Made by a program: the position numbers and the translations under genes. Below, in pieces: positions 54,232-63,800 of a stretch of 64,000 nt of DNA (its first letter is position 1; each line of letters begins with the position of its first letter). Source of the DNA: Arcobacteraceae bacterium. Lineage in GTDB: Bacteria; Campylobacterota; Campylobacteria; Campylobacterales; Arcobacteraceae. Below the pieces are notes generated by a model that was not told the DNA's origin, did no database searches, and saw only the letters and a list, made by a program, of their open reading frames with translations. The stretch is from NCBI GenBank assembly GCA_963662945.1, contig OY759974.1, forward strand, positions 1,824,001 through 1,888,000, written 5' to 3'.

Positions 54232-54294
54232 ATGCAAAAACTAAACGAACTATCATTAAAACAAAGAAAAGAGCTATTTAGGCAAATTGTCTAA
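54232..54294 (+). CDS. 20-aa mini-ORF ending in the attC inverse core
   Basis: AGGAG RBS; MQKLNELSLKQRKELFRQIV*; TAA lies within GTCTAAC. Confidence 0.4.
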   Translation: MQKLNELSLKQRKELFRQIV

Positions 54295-54343
54295 CAAGTC
54301 CTAGCAGTGAACGCAAAAGCGTCACTGAATTTAACCGTTATAA
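54289..54343 (+). mobile_element. attC site (55 bp)
   Basis: GTCTAAC AAGTC CTAGCAGT GAACGC AAAA GCGTC ACTGAAT TTAACC GTTATAA: R'', 5-nt spacer, L'', stem with extra bases, L', 6-nt spacer, R'. Confidence 0.78.
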
Positions 54344-54393
54344 TTGTCTCAAAAAAATATTTAATAAATCCAGTTTTTTTAGTCTCCTCTTCT

Positions 54394-54425
54394 CCTCGCT
54401 CCCATCGTCCCAGATAGGAGCGAGG
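54394..54425. repeat. GC-rich hairpin (REP-like element or terminator)
   Basis: CCTCGCTCC-N14-GGAGCGAGG in an AT-rich context, T-run shortly after. Confidence 0.5.
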
Positions 54426-54498
54426 GATACTTTTTTAAGTTTAAACTATATATATCGTTTTGTTAAAATGATATATAAGTTAATTATAGGAGTTCATT

Positions 54499-54756
54499 AT
54501 GCAAACAATAGCAGTACAAGTTCAAGATAATTATGTACAAAAATTTATGAGTTATGTTAATAATCATAGTGAAAATATCTCTATTTCAAAAGATAAAAAT
54601 TTAGAACAAGACCCATATTTTTATGAAAGACAAAAACAACTACAGCAAGATATTGAAGATATAGATAGTAGTAAAGCAGAAATGTTATCATCAGAACAAT
54701 TTGATAATGAAATGGATATTTTTTTCAAAGACTTAAAATTAGATGCAAATATCTAA
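54499..54756 (+). CDS. Orphan type II antitoxin, paralog of 60291-60545
   Basis: AGGAG RBS; MQT start; DKNLEQDPYFYER vs DKNLAEDPYFYQR. Confidence 0.75.
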   Translation: MQTIAVQVQDNYVQKFMSYVNNHSENISISKDKNLEQDPYFYERQKQLQQDIEDIDSSKAEMLSSEQFDNEMDIFFKDLKLDANI

Positions 54757-54793
54757 ACTAAGAAGATATAAAAACCAATTAACAATTATTTGA
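54743..54793 (+). pseudogene. 5' remnant of a RelE/ParE toxin
   Basis: Overlaps antitoxin end; MQISKLRRYKNQLTII* resembles MSIIESLQFKDELRKI of 60542; followed directly by the dnaK terminator. Confidence 0.55.
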
Positions 54794-54797
54794 AAAT

Positions 54798-54830
54798 AAA
54801 AAAGGGAGAGTAAAACTACTCTCCCTTTTT
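54798..54830. terminator. Bidirectional intrinsic terminator after dnaK
   Basis: AAAAAAGGGAGAGTA AAAC TACTCTCCCTTTTT. Confidence 0.85.
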
Positions 54831-54850
54831 GCTAGTTGTGAAGTTAAATA

Positions 54851-56746
54851 TTACTCAACTTCTGCATCAATGATGTCGTCATCATCCTTTTTCTTCTTAG
54901 CATCAGCTTGACCTACACCAGCAGCACCAGCGTCTCCACCTTCTTTTTTGTACATAGCTTCAGCAAGTTTATGACTAACTTCTGTTAAAGCTTTTAATTT
55001 CTCTTCAATTTGCTCTTTTGAAGCATTTTCATCTTTTAGAACTTCTTCTAAAGCAGCAGCAGCATCTACGATTTTTTTCTCTTCATCTTCACTTACTACA
55101 CCTTTATTTTCTTCTAAAGATTTTTTAGTTGAGTGAAGCATGGCTTCTGCTTGGTTTTTAGTTTCAATTAACTCTTTTTTCTTAGCATCTGCTTCTTTGT
55201 TCGCTTCTGCTTCTTGTACCATTTTTTCGATCTCATCATCACTTAATCCAGACGAACCAGAGATTGTGATTTTGTTCTCTTTTCCAGTACCTTTATCTTT
55301 TGCAGATACATTTAAAACACCATTTGCATCGATATCAAATGTTACTTCAATTTGAGGTACACCTCTTGGAGCTGCTGGGATGTCAGATAGTTCAAATGTT
55401 CCAAGAACTTTATTATCTTTTGCGAACTCTCTCTCACCTTGACCAACCATAATTGAAACAGCTGGTTGATTATCTTGAGCTGTTGAGAAAACTTGAGATT
55501 TTTTAACTGGGATTGTTGTCCCTTTCTCAATAAGTTTAGTCATAACTCCACCTAAAGTTTCAATACCTAAAGATAGTGGTGTAACATCAAGTAAAAGTAC
55601 ATCTTTAACATCACCTGTTAAAACTCCACCTTGAATAGCTGCCCCTGCTGCAACAACTTCATCTGGATTTACAGAGTTATTTAACTCTTTTCCAAAGTAC
55701 TCTTTTACTACTTGTTGTGCTTTAGGGATTCTTGTACTTCCTCCAACCATAATAACTTCGTTGATTTCATTTTTCTCTAAACCAGCATCTTTCATAGCTA
55801 CTTTGATGTGTTGTAAAGTTTCTGCAATTAAATCTTCAGTCATAGCATCAAATTTTGCTCTTGTTAATGTTTTAACTAAGTGTTTTGGTCCTGTTGCATC
55901 AGCTGTGATAAATGGTAAGTTTATCTCTGTTTCATTTGTAGCACTTAACTCTTTTTTCGCTTTTTCAGCTTCATCTTTAAGTCTTTGGTGTGCCATTTTA
56001 TCAGTTGTTAAATCTATTCCATGCTCAGCTTTGAACTCATCTGCTAACCATTTGATGATTCTGTTATCAAAGTCATCTCCACCTAAGAATGCATTTCCAT
56101 CTGTTGAAAGAACTTCAAATGTACCATCACCGATTTCAAGAACAGTAACGTCAAATGTTCCCCCACCTAAATCGTAAACTACAACTTTCTCTTCACCTTT
56201 TTTATCTAAACCGTATGCTAGTGAAGCTGCTGTTGGTTCGTTGATAATTCTTAATACATTTAAACCTGCGATTGTTCCTGCTTCTTGTGTTGCTTTTCTT
56301 TGTGCATCGTTGAAGTATGCTGGAACTGTAATAACTGCATCAGTTACAGTTTGTCCAAGATAACTTTCTGCATCTGATTTTAATTTTCCAAGAATTTTTG
56401 CTGAAATTTCTTGAGGAGTATATACTTTTCCTGCAATCTCAACAGCTGCTGCTCCATTTCTATTTACTATTTTGTATCCAACTTTATCCATAGCATCTTT
56501 TGCATGCTCTTCATCCATCATAAGACCCATAATTCTCTTAATAGAGTAGATTGTTTTTTCTGGATTTGTGATAGCTTGTCTTTTTGCTGGATCACCAACT
56601 AAAACTTCACCTTTATCTGTAAAAGCAACTACTGAAGGAGTTGTATTTTTCCCCTCTTTATTTGCTATAATTTTTGCTGCTCCACCTTCGTAAACTGCCA
56701 CACAACTATTTGTTGTTCCTAAGTCAATTCCTATTGTTGCTCCCAT
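54851..56746 (-). CDS. dnaK: Chaperone DnaK
   Basis: [32 protein letters not shown]. Confidence 0.98.
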   Translation of the reverse strand: MGATIGIDLGTTNSCVAVYEGGAAKIIANKEGKNTTPSVVAFTDKGEVLVGDPAKRQAITNPEKTIYSIKRIMGLMMDEEHAKDAMDKVGYKIVNRNGAAAVEIAGKVYTPQEISAKILGKLKSDAESYLGQTVTDAVITVPAYFNDAQRKATQEAGTIAGLNVLRIINEPTAASLAYGLDKKGEEKVVVYDLGGGTFDVTVLEIGDGTFEVLSTDGNAFLGGDDFDNRIIKWLADEFKAEHGIDLTTDKMAHQRLKDEAEKAKKELSATNETEINLPFITADATGPKHLVKTLTRAKFDAMTEDLIAETLQHIKVAMKDAGLEKNEINEVIMVGGSTRIPKAQQVVKEYFGKELNNSVNPDEVVAAGAAIQGGVLTGDVKDVLLLDVTPLSLGIETLGGVMTKLIEKGTTIPVKKSQVFSTAQDNQPAVSIMVGQGEREFAKDNKVLGTFELSDIPAAPRGVPQIEVTFDIDANGVLNVSAKDKGTGKENKITISGSSGLSDDEIEKMVQEAEANKEADAKKKELIETKNQAEAMLHSTKKSLEENKGVVSEDEEKKIVDAAAALEEVLKDENASKEQIEEKLKALTEVSHKLAEAMYKKEGGDAGAAGVGQADAKKKKDDDDIIDAEVE

Positions 56747-56828
56747 AATGTCATCCTTTTTTATTATTTTATTTTTATTAATTTTAAATTTTATATTTGA
56801 AATAGTTTATGGACGTTACGGTCACATC

Positions 56829-57425
56829 TTATTTACTACAGATACTTACCATTGCTGGTCGTAATAATCTGTCTTTATACATATACCCTTTTTGCATCAC
56901 TTGTACAATCTGACCATTTTCATGGTTTTCACTTTGTACTTGCATCACTGCATTGTGTACTTGAGGATCAAATTCATCTGTTTCAACTACACTTATATCG
57001 TGTTTTTCAAAGGTTGTCATAACATTTTTAATTGTTAGTTCAATTCCTTCTTTTAGTTTTTCAATTAACTCATCAGAACTACCATCTGTAGTTGCACTTT
57101 GTAAAGCCATTTCTAATGTATCAATTGTTGAAAGTAAATCTTTTGCAAACTTTTCACTTGCATAATCAATCGCTTGATATTTTTCTTTTTCTAATCTTTT
57201 TTTAATATTGTCAAAATCAGCATGTGTTCTTAAAAACTTATCTTCAGCTTCTTTAGCTCTATTTTCAGCTTCTTGAACTTTTGCTTCCATTTTTGCTTTA
57301 AATTCTTCATCTAAAGATGCGAATTTTTGTTCATCATCTACTACAACTTCTTCAGCTGGAGTTTCTGTTACAACTTCTTCTTGCGTTTCTACAATCTCTT
57401 CATTATTGTTTGTATCTTTACTCAT
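56829..57425 (-). CDS. grpE: Nucleotide exchange factor GrpE
   Basis: ADFDNIKKR, FDPQVHNA, QKGY..DRLLRPAMV. Confidence 0.96.
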   Translation of the reverse strand: MSKDTNNNEEIVETQEEVVTETPAEEVVVDDEQKFASLDEEFKAKMEAKVQEAENRAKEAEDKFLRTHADFDNIKKRLEKEKYQAIDYASEKFAKDLLSTIDTLEMALQSATTDGSSDELIEKLKEGIELTIKNVMTTFEKHDISVVETDEFDPQVHNAVMQVQSENHENGQIVQVMQKGYMYKDRLLRPAMVSICSK

Positions 57426-58228
57426 TACATAATTCCTTTATAAAAATATTCATAATCTTTTGACAATTCACCTATAACTAACATTTTATATCTTCTATTA
57501 TTTATAACTGTATCATGTGCTATACCCATATAATTGTGTGGTAAAACTTGATTTAATCCAACTTCACCTTTAAAATAGATACCATTTTCAAGTCTATCCA
57601 TCACATTTCCATTTAGAAATCTATTGATATAGAGCTCTTCAAGATCGAAATCAACACAAAGTTTTAAAAACTCTTTGATATTGATAATTTCAAAATCTTT
57701 GTTAAAAAGATATTTATTGAGTTCTGTGTATAAATCAGTTGCACCAACTTGTTTTGATACCTCAAGAACATTTATAGCTTCTAAACCACACATATCATTT
57801 AAAAACTTGTGAAGCGGTCCGTTATATTTAATAGTTATAGAAAAAGAACTAAATTCTAGTAGTAAATAAAGATTTTCAATATTTAAAACTCTATTTAAAA
57901 CTTGAGTTTGTTGCTCTTTTAAAAATACTGTCAATCCTATCTGTTTTGAGAGGATTATAAGTTTATCATAGTTAATCGAATCAAGATTTATGTGTAATCT
58001 ATTAGCCCAGTACTCTTTAAGTGCTTCAGTTGTAGGTGTTCGCCCACTACTTGCATGCTCTTGAGCAAGATAACCTTCATCTCCTAACTTTTTAAAGTAA
58101 CCTCTAATTGTAGCTGGAGAGTAAGCTATATCATACATAGATTTTAATTGTCCAGAACCAATCGGTTCAAGGTGTTCTATGTATGCTCTAATAATAGAAT
58201 CTAATAAAAACTCTTTTTTATCAACCAT
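57425..58228 (-). CDS. hrcA: Heat-inducible repressor HrcA
   Basis: EPIGS, SPATIR, HASSGRTPT; first gene of hrcA-grpE-dnaK. Confidence 0.93.
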   Translation of the reverse strand: MVDKKEFLLDSIIRAYIEHLEPIGSGQLKSMYDIAYSPATIRGYFKKLGDEGYLAQEHASSGRTPTTEALKEYWANRLHINLDSINYDKLIILSKQIGLTVFLKEQQTQVLNRVLNIENLYLLLEFSSFSITIKYNGPLHKFLNDMCGLEAINVLEVSKQVGATDLYTELNKYLFNKDFEIINIKEFLKLCVDFDLEELYINRFLNGNVMDRLENGIYFKGEVGLNQVLPHNYMGIAHDTVINNRRYKMLVIGELSKDYEYFYKGIM

Positions 58229-58253
58229 TTATTTATAACTACTTTTCTTTAAT

Positions 58254-58280
58254 TTGGCACTTCAAATATATGAGTGCTAA
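58254..58280. promoter_or_regulatory. CIRCE element 1
   Basis: TTGGCACTT-N9-GAGTGCTAA versus consensus TTAGCACTC-N9-GAGTGCTAA. Confidence 0.85.
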
Positions 58281-58284
58281 TAAA

Positions 58285-58314
58285 ATTATAGCAAATGAGT
58301 GAGTAAATGTCAAG
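58285..58314 (-). promoter_or_regulatory. hrcA sigma70 promoter overlapped by a HAIR-like (HspR) site
   Basis: Minus strand TTGACA-17 nt-TATAAT with TG extension; AATGAGT-N7-TGTCAAG at 58294-58314. Confidence 0.7.
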
Positions 58315-58338
58315 TATAAAAATAAAAAAAATAAAAAT

Positions 58339-58365
58339 TTAGCAAATAAATACAAAGAGTGCTAA
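58339..58365. promoter_or_regulatory. CIRCE element 2 (degenerate)
   Basis: TTAGCAAAT-N9-GAGTGCTAA. Confidence 0.7.
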
Positions 58366-58427
58366 TTTTATGATTTGTAGTTTTAAAAAAAAAGGGATAT
58401 TTTATAATCTATACTATACAATTACAC

Positions 58428-60248
58428 ATGACTTTTTTATACCCTGAAGTATTTTATATGATGCTAATACCACTTATATTGTTAATAGTATTAGTTCTTA
58501 CATCAAAAAACACAATGGAGAAGTATTTTTCAAAAGATATTTTGGAAAAGTTAAGTGTTGGTGGAAAAACTTTAGATAAAAATACAAGAAATGGATTGCT
58601 TTTTTTTACTTTGATACTTTTTATTGTAGCACTTGGGAGACCTGTAGTAAATCAAAAAGAGCAAGATATAAAACAAAAACTAATCCCTATTGTTGTAGCA
58701 CTTGATGTTTCAACATCTATGATGGCAACAGATATTTATCCAAATCGTATCTCTCTTGCTAAAGAAAAACTCAAACAAATTATAGCTTTGAGCCAAAATA
58801 CAACTATAGGAGTTCTTCTGTTTGCAAAAGATTCTTTTGTTTTAAGTCCTGTAACTGAAGATTTTATTTCACTAAATTATATCGTTAAAAATCTTGAGAC
58901 AAATTTGAATTTTCCAAATGGTTCAAATGTTTTTGCAACTTTAGATGCTACAAATTATATGCTTGAAGATTTTGCTGTGAAAAATCTTATTATTTTAAGT
59001 GATGGGGGAAATAGTAATGATTATAAAGATGAAATATCTTATGCAAAGAGTAAAAATATAGCAGTCTATACCATAGGAATTGCTACAAAAAAAGGTGCTG
59101 TTATACCAAAAAAAGAGGGTGGCTATCTTACAGATAAAGATGGAAATATAGTCACAGTAACTCTTAATGAATCTATAAAAAAATTAGCTTTAGAAACAAA
59201 TGGTGGATATGTGGATTTTAGTTTGGATAATAGTGATGTAAAAGCAATAATTGAGCGAATCAATACACAATCACAAAAAGAGGAATTGTCAGTTCAAAAG
59301 TTTAAAACATATACAGAGCTTTTTTATTATCCATTAGGTTTGGGATTGTTTTTTTTATTGCTTGCTTTAACTTCTGTACCAACAAATCTATTCAAAAAAA
59401 ATATAGCAGTATTTCTTTTAATAGGATTGTATTGTTTCCCTTCAAAAGTTGATGCGGATATTTTTAATTTTCAAACTATAGAGAAAGCGAATCAATTCTA
59501 TAAAGATAAAAAATATAATGAAGCTAGTAATGAATATAGAAAATTACCTACAACTGCTCAAAGTTTTTATAATTTAGGTGATGCACTTTATAAAGAGAAA
59601 AAATACCAAGAAGCACTGGATACATATTCAAAAGTTGTAACAGAAGATACAGAGTTAGAGAGAAAAAAACTTCATAATATGGGAAATAGCTATGTAAAGC
59701 TGAATGATTTACAAAAAGCAAAAGAGTTTTATGAAAAATCTTTAAAAATAAAAGAAGATAAAGAAACAAGAGAAAATCTTGATATTGTGAATAAAGAATT
59801 AGAAAACCAAAAAGAACAAAATAAACAGCAAAACAAAGACAATAAAGATAATAAAAATCAAGATAACAAAAACAAACAAGATGAACAAAAAGAAAATAAT
59901 CAAGAGAATAAGAAAGAGAATCAAGAAAACCAACAAAAGAATCAGCAAAATAAAGATCAACAAAACCAAGATAGTAAAAATCAAAAAGATCAAGACAAGC
60001 AAGAAAAACAAAATAAGCAACAACAAGATAAACAAGAAAAAAATAAAAATGATAAAAAACAAGAATCTCAATCTAATCAAATGGCAAATCAAACACAAGA
60101 GAATCAATCTGATTTAAAAAAAGAAGAGATATCCCAAATGGAAGAAAAAAAATGGATGGAACAGTTAGAAAAAGAAACTACACCAATACTTCTAAGAAAA
60201 GCAAATACACAAAAAGAGAGTAAAATAGATGATGCAAAACCTTGGTAA
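58428..60248 (+). CDS. VWA + TPR membrane protein (BatB/BatC-like fusion)
   Basis: MIDAS DVSTS, LSDG, TPR repeats, Q/N/K/E-rich linker, terminal KPW. Confidence 0.85.
   Translation: MTFLYPEVFYMMLIPLILLIVLVLTSKNTMEKYFSKDILEKLSVGGKTLDKNTRNGLLFFTLILFIVALGRPVVNQKEQDIKQKLIPIVVALDVSTSMMATDIYPNRISLAKEKLKQIIALSQNTTIGVLLFAKDSFVLSPVTEDFISLNYIVKNLETNLNFPNGSNVFATLDATNYMLEDFAVKNLIILSDGGNSNDYKDEISYAKSKNIAVYTIGIATKKGAVIPKKEGGYLTDKDGNIVTVTLNESIKKLALETNGGYVDFSLDNSDVKAIIERINTQSQKEELSVQKFKTYTELFYYPLGLGLFFLLLALTSVPTNLFKKNIAVFLLIGLYCFPSKVDADIFNFQTIEKANQFYKDKKYNEASNEYRKLPTTAQSFYNLGDALYKEKKYQEALDTYSKVVTEDTELERKKLHNMGNSYVKLNDLQKAKEFYEKSLKIKEDKETRENLDIVNKELENQKEQNKQQNKDNKDNKNQDNKNKQDEQKENNQENKKENQENQQKNQQNKDQQNQDSKNQKDQDKQEKQNKQQQDKQEKNKNDKKQESQSNQMANQTQENQSDLKKEEISQMEEKKWMEQLEKETTPILLRKANTQKESKIDDAKPW
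59805..60110 (+). repeat. Low-complexity Q/N/K/D coding stretch
   Basis: A-rich CAA/AAT/AAA/GAT codons within the Bat-like gene. Confidence 0.7.
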
Positions 60249-60255
60249 AGAATTA

Positions 60256-60270
60256 TGTTATAATATAACA
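60256..60270 (+). promoter_or_regulatory. TA promoter -10 embedded in a palindromic operator
   Basis: TGTTATA-A-TATAACA containing extended -10 TGTTATAAT; AAGGAG RBS downstream. Confidence 0.6.
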
Positions 60271-60290
60271 ATATTGGATAAGGAGTTTTT

Positions 60291-60545
60291 ATGCAAACGT
60301 TACAGTTAGATATTGAAGATAATAAGGTTGATATAGTTTTAAATTTAATTAAAAATTTAAAAGAGGGTATTGTAACAAATTATACATTGGTACCATCTAG
60401 TGATAAAAATTTAGCGGAAGACCCATATTTTTATCAAAGAAAAAAAGAGTTACATCAATTGAGAGATGATATACAAAATGGCAAAATAGAAACTTATGAC
60501 TTTAATCAATCAATGGATGAACTAATTAAGGAACTTGAAGCTTGA
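60291..60545 (+). CDS. Type II antitoxin (acidic)
   Basis: Small acidic protein overlapping the RelE/ParE gene (TTGA). Confidence 0.78.
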   Translation: MQTLQLDIEDNKVDIVLNLIKNLKEGIVTNYTLVPSSDKNLAEDPYFYQRKKELHQLRDDIQNGKIETYDFNQSMDELIKELEA

Positions 60546-60838
60546 GTATTATTGAATCTTTACAATTTAAAGATGAATTAAGAAAAATAGCACTTTATAT
60601 TAAACGAGATAAAAAGAGTGCAGCAGTTAAATTTGTGACTAATTTAAAAGAACAAATTAATAATCTTACAACTTCTCCCTACAAATATAGAAAGTCTGTC
60701 TATTTTGATGATGATAATATTAGAGATATGACATATTATGGATATACAATTATTTATGAGATAAAAGATGATAATACAATTATAATTTTTACAATATTCA
60801 ATAAAAACTTACCTAAAATATCTCAAATACAGGAATAA
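60542..60838 (+). CDS. RelE/ParE family toxin
   Basis: F..EL..I..YI..D...AA..F, PYKYRKS, IRDM..GYTIIY, IFN.NLP. Confidence 0.85.
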   Translation: MSIIESLQFKDELRKIALYIKRDKKSAAVKFVTNLKEQINNLTTSPYKYRKSVYFDDDNIRDMTYYGYTIIYEIKDDNTIIIFTIFNKNLPKISQIQE

Positions 60839-60844
60839 TATAAA

Positions 60845-63800
60845 GTGGATGATTTTATACCAAGATACTATATTGATAATACTACCAATGAGAAATATAC
60901 TTTTGATGAATTAATCTCTAAAAATAATATCTCAATAATACTTGGGGAACCAGCTTCTGGTAAAACTTTTCAGTTAGAAGAATATAAAAAGCAAAATAAT
61001 TATAGTAAATTAGTGGAATTACTTTTAATAGAATATGAAGAAGATATTACAAATGATATTGAAATAGTTTTATTTGATTCTATTGATGAGGCATTATCAA
61101 AAAATGATGGTGATAAAATATTAATAAAAAAGCTTTTAAAATACATAAAAACATCACTGCTAATTAATCCAAATGTTAAGTTTATAATAACGTGTCGATA
61201 TGTTGAGTGGAAAGAAATATTTGAAGAAAAATTAAAAGAGATAGATAACGAATTTAAAATATATTATATCCAAGAGTTATCAAATGATGATATAAATAAA
61301 TTGCTTATTCAATACAATATTAATCAAGATGAATTTTGGAACTTTATTGAAGAAAACTATCTTGAAGAGTTGTTAAAAAATATATTAATGATTATACATC
61401 TAATAAAAGATTTTGATAATTACAAAGGGCAACAACTAAAATATTTTGAAATATATGAAAAAATTATTATTAATCATTTAGCAATTAAAACAGATAATGA
61501 GAGAACAAAGGTACTGGATGTACTATCAAATGATGAAGTATTTAAAATACTTTCACTAATAGCTATATATATGACACTCAATAGACAAAGAGAAATAAAT
61601 ATAGAAAATATACTTAAACTTGGAACGGAACTATATAAATTAGATGGTATAGAGATAACAGGAGAAAAATTAAAACTTATATTTGATACATCGTTATTTA
61701 ATGGTAATATTAAAAATACAAGGTTTTTTCATAAGTCGATACAAGAGTATTTAAGTGCATATTTTATAAATATAAAAAAATTGGACTTGAAAACTATAAA
61801 AAATATTTTTGCCCATAAAGAGGGATTTTATGAAGAGTTTGAAGAGGTTATAATCTATCTTACAAATATGGAAGAGAGGTTTTTTTACCATTTTGTCGAG
61901 TTTGATCCCTTTATATTTAGAAGACATCCTTATTTAAATGAAAGTGAACAGAAAGCTTTATTGGTTTCTATGCTGAATATTCTTTCAACAAAAGATAGAT
62001 ATAAAGCATGGAATAGAAGAGAATACATACAAGATAGTTCTTTAACTAAATTTGATTTAATTGAGAAAATTAGCCAGATTGTATTAAATAATATTGATAT
62101 AAATAAAGTTACTAATGAACTTTTAAGATATTTAAAAAGCTTATTGAAGTTTAACTATGATAAAAAGCTGGAAGATATAATCTTTAAAATATTTGAAAAT
62201 TGTTTGGTAGATAAAAATAGTTGTATTAATTATATTAGCGTAAATAAAATTACTAATTTTGAATTTAATAAAAGATTGTTTGTCTTTATTAAAGATAATA
62301 ATTTGTTTTCTAAAGAAACTATCTCTTTGCAATTATTTATTTTTCAAATACTTTATAAAAAATTGGATTTTAAAGAGATATTTATTTTATTGTATAGATT
62401 TGATATGTATTCAGGACTTAGAATAATAAACAAGATAGATATTGAAGATATAGTTTTCCTGTTTAAGACAATTACAGAAAATTATGGAGTTTACAAAAAA
62501 AACTTTTTATCTAAGCAAGTAATCCATTTAATATTTTTAGTTTTACAAAATACAAGAGCATTAAGTGATAAAACTATCTTATATAATATTTTCGATTTTA
62601 TTGCATCAGAAAGAATATATTTAGGACATGACATTCATAGATACAAAGATAAAACTAAGGACTTTAATTTTGACGATATTAAAGATCAGTTTTGGAAATA
62701 TTATTTTAAACAAGATATAAATAGGCTATATAATAGAAGAGTTTTAAGTATTTTATCTTTTTATGAAATTTCACTAGTTGATATAAAAGATGTATCAACA
62801 ATATATCATATTGAGAAATATAAAGACCATTATATTTCTTTTCGTTCAATGATAGCCGATATAGATGATTTTCTTATGCAAAACATAGAATTTAAAAATC
62901 ATATGGAAGAGATATGGAAAAAACATGAAGAACAGGAAAAAGAATGGAGAAGGGAAGATGAAGAGTGGAAAAAGGAAATAGAAGAAAGGGATAAGAAAGC
63001 ATTACTTCAATTTGAAAAAGCAAAAGAGAAATTAAATACTATTGAAGATGTTTATATTATTTATGATTATATTGATTTTGATATAGAGAGTTTTGATGAG
63101 GAAGAAAATAATTATAGTTATATATTACAAAATGAATTAAAAGATAAATATATTGATTTTATGCAAATTATCAAAAATGAATTTATAAAGAATACTTCAT
63201 ATAAAACTATTAAATCAAAAGTATTAGAAAATGAATATAGTTCATTAAGTTATATTATAAACCTATATTTTAAAATTACTTCAGAAGAAGAAAGAAAAGA
63301 ATTAATAAATAATAGTATTGATTATGAAAAGTTTTTTTGGCATAAGTATAAACATGGAAGATTACATGATGGACACTTCATAGAAATTTCAAAACTTTTT
63401 CAAAATGATTTTATTAGATTAGTTTGTGAATTATTTGAATTAGCAATGATTCAAAGTGAAGGAAAATATACCAAAGTATGTGGTGACTTTATTTTTTTAT
63501 TTAAAGATTTAAGTATCTTTGATAAATATCATTTAAAATACTTATTAAATAAAATAAAATATATTGAGATAGATTATTTTAAATATATTGATGATTATGA
63601 AAAAAGATATTTATTAGAATTATTAGCTTTAGATGAAAATAATTATGAATTTATTAAAGAGTTATTGAAATCAGATTTAGGTAAATATGGTAACTATTTT
63701 GAGTCATTAATGCAAATTGATATAAATAAGGCAATCAATAATTATATGGATATTATATATCCTCAAGAAAATAAATATTTAAAATTTACTATACAAAAGA

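Larger units (their letters stand above)
52594..54337 (+). mobile_element. Integron-type gene cassette (no intact intI in window)
   Basis: Begins G^TTAGACAAT, the exact reverse complement of ATTGTCTAAC at the start of its attC (54286-54295). Confidence 0.75.

Noticed and set aside
55140-56602. Several antisense or alternate-frame ORFs within dnaK (likewise within leuA, amtB, hslU, pgsA)
   Set aside because: Typical shadow ORFs of highly biased genes; no RBS or motifs.
59548-60117. Hydrophobic and Lys/Ile-rich ORFs and apparent repeats
   Set aside because: Shadow frames of the Q/N/K-rich linker; no regular repeat-spacer structure, so not CRISPR.
60249-60290. GTTATAA as a second cassette boundary before the TA-NACHT block
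   Set aside because: Explained by the -10/operator palindrome; no attC or attI layout around it.
62141-62332. 63-aa minus-strand ORF
   Set aside because: Antisense to the long NACHT reading frame.
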